DNA of 64,000 bases from Eledone cirrhosa (taxonomy: Eukaryota), in assembly GCA_964016885.1 (NCBI GenBank), contig OZ024740.1:70060001-70124000 (forward strand), in the 5' to 3' direction. Positions 56,140 to 64,000 of this stretch are shown here, piece after piece. Position 1 is the stretch's first letter. Every line of letters begins with the position of its first letter. The position numbers were made by a program, and so were the translations under genes. Under the pieces are notes generated by a model. That model did no database searches, had not been told where the DNA came from, and saw only the letters and a list, made by a program, of their open reading frames with translations.

Positions 56140-56640
56140 CCACTTAAGAGCTTTGGCCCGGGAAAACGTCCCCTCAATTTTGGAACCGTCTGGGTTGTTC
56201 AGAATTGATGGGAAAAGACTTGACGGTCTTACTCTGTGCTCCTGGTCAAGAGGCAGGTGCCTTACCTGGGACGTCAGAGTTAGTGACTCTTTTGCTTCTT
56301 CCCGCATCCTGGATGCAGCGGTAAGGGTGAGAGCTACAGCATCCGCAACTGAACGGAACAAAATCCTAAATTACCGTGTTCAGTTAGCTAACTACATTAT
56401 CCAGCCTATGTGGTCTTAGATGTGTGCATTACGTGCTTGTGTATTTTTTCTCTTTCTTTTTTTCCGTTCCCTTTCCTTTGTATATATTATATTTGTTTGT
56501 GTTTTCATTCTGTAACCATTATATTAAAATTTTATACAAATGAGTTAAAAAAAATAGTTAAGCTGTGTTATTAATAAATAAATAAAAAGTTGGTACTTCA
56601 TTTTACCCTCCCATTTCCAATTCACCGAACACTATCATGG
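56140..56640 (+). mobile_element. 3' fragment of an RLE-type (CRE-like) non-LTR retrotransposon; partial duplicate at ~56739-56975
   Basis: LEPSGLFRIDGKRLDGLTLCSWSRGRCLTWDVRVSDS...TERNKILNY matches the decayed RPD..D..E..K restriction-like endonuclease pattern. An AT-rich tail with AATAAA follows. Confidence 0.7.
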
Positions 56641-57498
56641 CTGTATGTGTGTGTTTGTGTAAATGTATATGTGTGAATGTGTGTTTGTGTGAATGTATGT
56701 ATGTGTTTGTGTGAAAGTATGAGTGTTTGTGTGAATGTGACGTCACAGTTAGTGACTCTTGCTTCTTCCCACATCCTGGATGCAACGGTAAGGGTGAAAG
56801 CTACAGCATATATAATATATTTGTTTGTGTTTTCGTTCTGTAAGTATTATATTAAATGTTTATACAAATGAGTTTAAAAAAAAAAATAGTTGAACTGTGT
56901 TGTTAATAAATAAATGAAACGTTATACTTGTTTTACCCTCCCGTTTCCAATTCACCGAACGCTGCTATCATGACTGTATGTGTGTGTTTGTATATGCGTG
57001 AATGTGTGTTTGTGTAAATGTATATGTGTAAGAGTATGTGTATTTATCTGAATGTATATCCGTGAGCGTGTATTTTTATAAGTTTGTGTTTGCGCGATTA
57101 TAATTATATACTCATACATATAGATGTATGTATGTGCACATACACATACGCGTCAGCGTGTAGAAATTCATCACTCTATCTATCTCTATCTCTCTCATCA
57201 CACACTCTCTCTTTCTATATAAAGGGTAGTTGAAGTGGTTGTGGTGGCGACGATATACCGGAAGTGTAAAAATTTGAAACTTTGAAAAGAAGTCAGTTTT
57301 AAATTATTTATATTTTTGAAATTTAGTTACGAAATTTAGTACATAAATTATGTAATATTTATTCATTATTTATTCAACTTATTTTACTAACTGGATTAAA
57401 AGAAATAAACCGTACGCAGTCCCGCACTCCTTACTTTATTATAGTTTAGATTACACCCAACTCGTCCTGTGGACTGAATGCTCTTATACTACAGTATG

Positions 57499-57631
<133 letters not shown>

Positions 57632-57917
57632 GCACACATTTATTCTTTGTCCCATTGGCCTGCGAAATCTTGCAATATATATATAAATATATAAATGTAT
57701 ATATATATATATAGTATTAGTTATACTATTTATGGTTATGTAAACACAAAACCTTAAGCAGTTGTAAGTATTTTACACACACCCTAAATAGTGGTAGGCA
57801 GTAATGTATTACTACCTTATTACCAGTAAGTTAAGTAGCTCAATGTAAAAACATCAGATGATTTACAGAGCAGATATATGAAATATAAGAATCAAAGAAC
57901 TGTTCAAAACATTATTG

Positions 57918-57964
57918 TGCTTACAGCTGTTTCCTCCAAACCGAGGTTTGGATTCTTCGGAGCA
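57918..57964 (-). ncRNA. Hammerhead ribozyme variant (inverted copy of 60214-60260)
   Basis: Reverse complement of the 60214 motif. Confidence 0.75.
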
Positions 57965-58307
57965 ATTTATTAATGCATGGACAGTTATATGACCTCCTTT
58001 TCAGCCGAGAGACATACCAATACATATTCAAACATTGATACATATTCAAACATTGTGGGTCAACATTCATTACAGAATTTAGAGTGGCAGTACACACTTC
58101 GAGATTACATTTATATTAATAGGTACAATCAAAAATCAAAGATATAGGTTAAAGTACAACATGAAGATAAGTGGTTATATAGTGCAAATGTTATATGTGT
58201 GGCACGCATATGCGTCTTGTTTATATAGTGTGGCAGAGATATATGTGTGGTAGAGGCACTTAGGTAGGTAAATAAGAGTGTTAGGTTGGTAGATCTGGTG
58301 GCAAAGT

Positions 58308-58769
58308 CATTATAACCAGCGGACTAACGCACAGAATAATTGTAACTGTAGAGCTAATAGAACCTGCCCTTTAGATAAAAAATGCCTAACCAAGGATGTC
58401 ATATACTCATGCACAGTCACGACTAATAACTCTTCAGAAACCTATGTAGGCTCCACTTCTAACTGCTTCAAAATCAGATATAACTCGCACATCCACTCGT
58501 TCAAAAAGCACAGCCTAGCCAACTCCACCTCACTTTCTAGCTACATACACTATCTAAAATCTAAAAATAAACCATACACACTCAAATGGGAAGTGATAGG
58601 CAGCGCGACCTCGTACAAACCACCTAATAAATTCTGTAACCTCTGTATACTAGAGACACACAATATTATCTTCTCCAACCGTAACCTACTTAACAAAAAA
58701 TCTGAGGTGTTTGCAACTTGCCAGCACCGCCTCAGACATTCCTTCCAAAACTTTAAGCCCTATATATAG
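58308..58769 (+). pseudogene. GIY-YIG endonuclease C-terminus of Penelope element 2 (no start codon, absent from the ORF track)
   Basis: Open frame NCNCRANRTCPLDKKCLTKDVIYSCTV...TYVGSTSNCFKIRYNSHIHSF...LKWEVI...CNLCILE...CQHR, ending at TAG 58767-58769. Confidence 0.9.
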
Positions 58770-60213
58770 CAATGTCGGACTGGAACCTAACACCGCATCT
58801 AGCATCAAACACCAGAGACACACCCTATACTACATACCCAACACTAGCTGATCCATTATAACACAAACAACGACATCCCTCTGGAACCCTTCGCAGGGAA
58901 AATACCCATTTATACCTCTACGGCAGGTGTGACAACATCCACCCACTTGGACGGCACTACACCGCTCTAAGGGTAATTTTGAGCATGAATTGATCGGTTG
59001 GATGGTGTTGGGCAGAGGAAACACCTTCCTTAGACAGATGTAAAATGATTTAATCGAGTAGCGCTGTTGACCAGTAGGACCGGGCTGCTGAGCGCAGTGA
59101 GTGAATGCAATGCAACTGCCGTGCGGGTTGTACGTATATGGATGATCTGACGGTCAGAGAGGGGTCGCGAGGACTGCGGATTGACCTTTGGCCTGCCTGG
59201 GGACGATTATCTTTCGACATCCAATGTAGCAAGCGATGACCCAGATCTTACCAGAGATCATTGGGTCCCGAAGCAGTCCTGCAATCACCGCGCCTGGTCA
59301 TATGAGCAGACTACAACCACAGAGATCATTAATTTAGAATCCTCGCTCATCATCTATAATTTCCATTTGTAGCACCTTAAGATGGGTTAATCCACCCTAA
59401 TAATAATATGATCACCTTCAGCATAATTTAGTTAAACTACTCTATAGTTAGTACACTTTATGCTTTAAAAGTCTCTCTTGGAAGGTGCACCTCACCATAG
59501 AATTTAGGGTCTATATTGGGACACATTTTAATGACTAGATATAGAAACCCCAGAGTTACCTCCCCGCATGCATTAACTCCCCTTAGCCACACACACACTT
59601 CCGGTATTCAATGGCGTTTCTCGAAACGTAACAACCTCCTGTATCGAACTAAAGAACACCAGGCTACGATCTCTAACTGGATTGTCGTGGATTATGTGAA
59701 AGGCATATAATCGAAATATACACTCCCTTGACCATGAAAATGCCGAAGTACATGAATAACTTGACATCCCTGCGCTGTGCATCTCCAATACTTATAACAC
59801 TTTTAATGCTTGCACTATCTTTAATGCTTATAATATTTCTCCACACACAGACTATATCAATCATATAAAGACTTTGCCACCAGATCTACCAACCTAACAC
59901 TCTTATTTACCTACCTAAGTGCCTCTACCACACATATCTCTCTGCCACACTATATAAACAAGACGCACATGCGTGCCACACATATAACATTTGCACTATA
60001 TAACCACTTATCTTCATGTTGTACTTTAACCTATATCTTTGATTTTTGATTGTACCTATTAATATAAATGTAATCTCGAAGTGTGTACTGCCACTCTAAA
60101 TTCTGTAATGAATGTTGACCCACAATGTTTGAATATGTATCAATGTTTGAATATGTATTGGTATGTCTCTCGGCTGAAAAGGAGGTCATATAACTGTCCA
60201 TGCATTAATAAAT

Positions 60214-60260
60214 TGCTCCGAAGAATCCAAACCTCGGTTTGGAGGAAACAGCTGTAAGCA
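60214..60260 (+). ncRNA. Hammerhead ribozyme variant in the pseudo-LTR of Penelope element 2
   Basis: TGCT-CCGAAGA-ATCCAAACC TC GGTTTGGAG-GAAA-CAGCTG-TA-AGCA. U4C core variant, long stem II, palindromic ACAGCTGT. Confidence 0.78.
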
Positions 60261-60361
60261 CAATAATGTTTTGAACAGTTCTTTGATTCTTATATTTCAT
60301 ATATATATATATATATATATACATTTATATACTGGACTCCTTTGAAGAGGACCTGCTGAAA

Positions 60362-62807
60362 ATGATCAAAAACGTTAAGCTCAGAAAGAAACACCAATGC
60401 AGCAATCCATTCTTAACGTCCCTTGATACACTAATAACTAAGATCAAGAATGACCCGCACCTCTTCGTCACCTCCGACAAAACCAAAAAGCTGTACAAGA
60501 TGGACGCGAGTGAGTATAAAAAATTCATCTATAAGGAACTACACAAAGACTACAAAAAGACACCCTCTAGTACCCTAAATGACATAAATAGAGTAGGGAA
60601 GGATATAGTCACCAGCCTAGAAATAGAAAAGTACACTAACCCGTACGTCCCTCTGACGCCTAAATTCTCTCTTAAGGATCACAAATATGACTTTAATGAA
60701 AGCCCCTCTATTAGACTTATATGCCCCTCTACATCAGATATAGGTAAGATTAGTAAAGTGATCCTTGACAGAGTACTACTCGAGCTTAATAGAAAGGCTA
60801 AGGTCTACCTCTGGGGCAACACACCTGAAATTCATCCAGTTTGATATAGATAGCTACTACGCCTCTATCTCCCCCATACTCTTAAATAAGGCACTTATCT
60901 TAGCTAGATCTAACACTAGCCTCACCAAAAAAGAAATAGACATAATTCTAGCGGCACGTAGAACCATTATCCAGTTCGAAGGCTCCCACTGGACCAGAAC
61001 CAACCGTCCTGATAACTTCGATGTCACGATGGGGTCCAGCGACTCAGCGCAAGCAACTGACCTGGTTGGGATATACCTCCTACATAAGCTTAGGGAAGAA
61101 ATACCGGCCCTACAAGGAGGTGTATATAGGGACGACGCCCTGTTTACTGTTAGGAACCATAGCCCCCGTAGGATAGAGAACCTTAACAAACATATACACA
61201 GGTTCTTTAAGTCATACGGCCTATCCGTAACTATGGACCTCAACCACAGGGTTGTCAACTTCCTGGACGTGACCCTGGAGTTGAGTACGGGCTTATACAA
61301 GCCATACCATAAGCCTGGAGAGTGCCTCTCTTATATTAATTATGCCTCCAACCACCCTAAGCAGACTCTCAACTCCATTGTCTATAGTATCTCACATAGG
61401 ATCTCGAGGCTATCCGCCAATGAGGATATCTTCAACCAAGCGGCTGATTACTACAATAGGGCCCTGATAAGCGCCGGCTTTAACCGAGGAATTTCCTACA
61501 TCCCTAACGCTAGCTCTAGAAACCACCCCCCTCATAAAACTAACGTTATAGTAAGCCATACCTATAACCGATCACGCGGCGACCTCGTTAAAGTCGGATA
61601 TAATAGAATAGATAACCGCACCAAAGATCACGTCCCCGGCGACGGTGAATACTGTAGATTACTCAAACTTTTCCCCTATTACAAAACCAACAAAGGCGAC
61701 GGCCTACTACCAACGCCTTCCAACCAACATCTTCGTGTACATAAACATGGAAGTGGTAGAAAGAGTGCACCCGAGCATAAAGTGAAAGGGGCACCGAACG
61801 GGCGACAGCGCATTAACACACATATGAGCGATCACTTAGATGGAACTACCCGTAGCAAAAGTACAAGGACACGTAATCGCCACCGTAACGTCCTATGGTT
61901 CCACCCCCCCTACTCTCGAAGTGTGGCCTCCAACATACCCCGGATATTCTTCGAAGCCTTAGAGAAGAACTTCCCACCCAACCATAGGTATAGAAAAATT
62001 CTTAATAGGAACAATATAAAAATATCCTTCTCTACTACTCCTAACCTAGCAGACATCATAGGAACAACGAACCACAGTAAGATCACCAAGACACAGCACC
62101 TCGACGCAGACGCACCTACACCTGACAATAACTGTATCGGCCTTAACAACTCCCTGACAGCATCCAATAGTGTTGGCAACGGCATCCGCAGACGCAACCA
62201 GAATGACCGCGAAGTGACTGGGGAGCATGCAAAACATGGCGTGCGGAATAACAATCGCACCATCCCGCGTGCTGTGGGTTGTAATTGTGCTAACGACAGC
62301 TGCGGTAGCGCAGCTAGCAACGTAGGCAGCAACAATGATAGCCTTATCGTGGGAAATAGACGGAACAGCGACAGAAATTGCAACTGCCGCGACAGAGGAC
62401 GGTGCCTCCTTAGAGGTTACTGCTTGACCGATAGGGTTATATATAGATGCACTATTACTAGCCACAATAGCGTTAAACATTATATAGGGGCCACCTCCGG
62501 CCCGTTCAAAATTAGGTTTCGAACACATCTCCACTCTTTCACAAATAGAAAACTAAGGCACTCCACCTCGCTCGCGGACTACATCACATCACTAAAGGAC
62601 TTAAACATTAGCTTCTCCACGCACTGGGAGATTGTCGACAGGGCTGCACCGTACAACTTCAAGAGGAAATGCGATCTTTGCCTCATGGAGCTCTACCACA
62701 TCATAACTGCACCCCACGAGCTCATCAACAGCAGAGCTGAAACAGCGATAAGTTGTACACATCGCTTAAAAATATCCTTCTTTAGATGGGTTAAGAATGA
62801 AGAGTGA
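60362..62807 (+). pseudogene. Penelope RT-GIY-YIG polyprotein with one frameshifting lesion near 60820
   Basis: SDKTKKLY, IRLICPSTSDIGKISK / FDIDSYYASI, FDVTMGS, VYRDDAL, VNFLDVTL, WFHPPYS, CNC, VIYRC...HYIGAT, CDLCLME. Confidence 0.95.
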
Positions 62808-63060
62808 AATAGCACACTGGATCTCCCTGCAACAAGTCTTAACACCCCGGCGGGCAGGCGCAGCAAAATAACACCCAGAAAACAATCCTTGCATACCAAA
62901 AATTATCCGGGAAAGACTGCCCTAACACCGGCCAAAGTTACCTCCCTTGACCTGCTGCAAAATCAAAACAAGATATTTTTGCGAGCAATGAATCTTGATG
63001 TGGATTTAACCCCCAAAACTCTTTCCGAACTATATAAGGAACTCTTGTGATTGTTTATGC

Positions 63061-63095
63061 CCTTGAGAAGCCCAACTGGGCGAAACGTACGTAGG
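63061..63095 (+). ncRNA. Minimal hammerhead ribozyme, U3-A8 variant, in the pseudo-LTR of Penelope element 3
   Basis: CC-TTGAGAA-GCCC AACT GGGC-GAAA-CGTACG-TA-GG with palindromic ACGTACGT. Stem I is short. Confidence 0.75.
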
Positions 63096-63178
63096 TGATA
63101 TTTTAAATAAACATGTTTTAACGGTCTATTCTCCGATTTTTCACTTTCCCACGTACATTTATATATTTATTTATAAAT

Positions 63179-63287
63179 ATGTTAATATGTTGTCAGATAC
63201 AAATTAGTCACTTTTGTATATAGAAAAAATAATGCATTTTTTCTATATACAAAAGTGACTAATTTGTATCTGACAACATATTAACAT
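63179..63287. repeat. Perfect palindrome with 52-bp arms and a 5-nt spacer
   Basis: 63179-63230 is the reverse complement of 63236-63287. Confidence 0.92.
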
Positions 63288-64000
63288 TGTTCTTAAAGAC
63301 TTTCGGCATTTGTTCCAGCGCTTGGAACTCTGAGTCCAAATTTCCACATGGTCACCTTTGCCTTTCTTTCTTTCGAGATCAATATATTTAGTACTAGTCT
63401 ATGGCGGGATTTTAAAAGCGTTGGACGGGATTCTATGTATTGTCTGTCCCGGCTCTCTATATTCTTGGTTCAAATTCCGCCAAAGTAAACTCGGAGTGAA
63501 TGAAGTACCATTTCAGGATCATGAGTCGATTGAATTATCAGAGCATTCACCCACTACCCAATAATAATGGTTTCTACTGATACTGGCATAAGGCCAGTAA
63601 TTGCTTATGGAGGAAAAAGTTGATTATATAAACCACAGTATTTATCCGGTACTGTATATTGTCGACCCTGAAAGGATAACAGAAAAGCTGAGCACAGCGT
63701 ACTGAAGTAAATATTGTAACGCATTCTAACCTACACTAACGATTCTACCAGTCCACCGCCACTCCGCCGTCCAATCATGATAACAGCCTTAATACCTATC
63801 TAAGAAAGGAGCCTAAATATAGTTGTTTGACTTGCTAGAAATAAAAGCCGAATTCCCCTTAAATGATTTACTAACGACTTTCAGATGATATCTAACACTA
63901 CATTAAATAATATATAGCATTAGTTTCATGTGTTTAGTCATAGGTCGGCTCAGTCAACAACAATAATGACAACAGTAATCTTAAAACAGCAATCATAGCA

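Larger units (their letters stand above)
57874..60305 (+). mobile_element. Penelope-like element 2, heavily 5'-truncated, with an inverted 5' pseudo-LTR copy
   Basis: 57874-58308 is the reverse complement of 59870-60305. Between them lie a GIY-YIG coding tail and a long 3' region. Confidence 0.9.
60325..63170 (+). mobile_element. Penelope-like element 3 (5'-truncated)
   Basis: RT plus GIY-YIG ORF, followed by a 3' pseudo-LTR with an HHR and AATAAA near 63106. Confidence 0.93.

Overview
AT-rich, microsatellite-dense eukaryotic DNA made almost entirely of repeats. The SINE sequences look cephalopod/Octopus-like, which is an inference from memory and not a database result. I can support no intact host gene. 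Contents: (1) a ~17 kb satellite of ~440-bp monomers organised as a 3,964-bp 9-mer higher-order repeat; (2) three Penelope-like elements (RT and/or GIY-YIG); (3) two Tx1/L1-clade LINEs inserted in AAT-rich targets; (4) mariner, RTE and CRE-like relics and tRNA-derived SINEs. The main finding is that the window is full of minimal type I hammerhead ribozyme (HHR) motifs from about ten unrelated families. They sit in Penelope pseudo-LTRs and in non-coding tandem or inverted, circularly permuted units that resemble non-LTR retrozymes (310 bp, ~530 bp, ~590 bp). The large satellite is itself an amplified HHR-bearing monomer on the minus strand. Every monomer of its homogenised HOR carries a catalytic-core lesion, while the two monomers next to the terminal inversion keep an intact core. 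All folds were read by eye; none was computed or tested.
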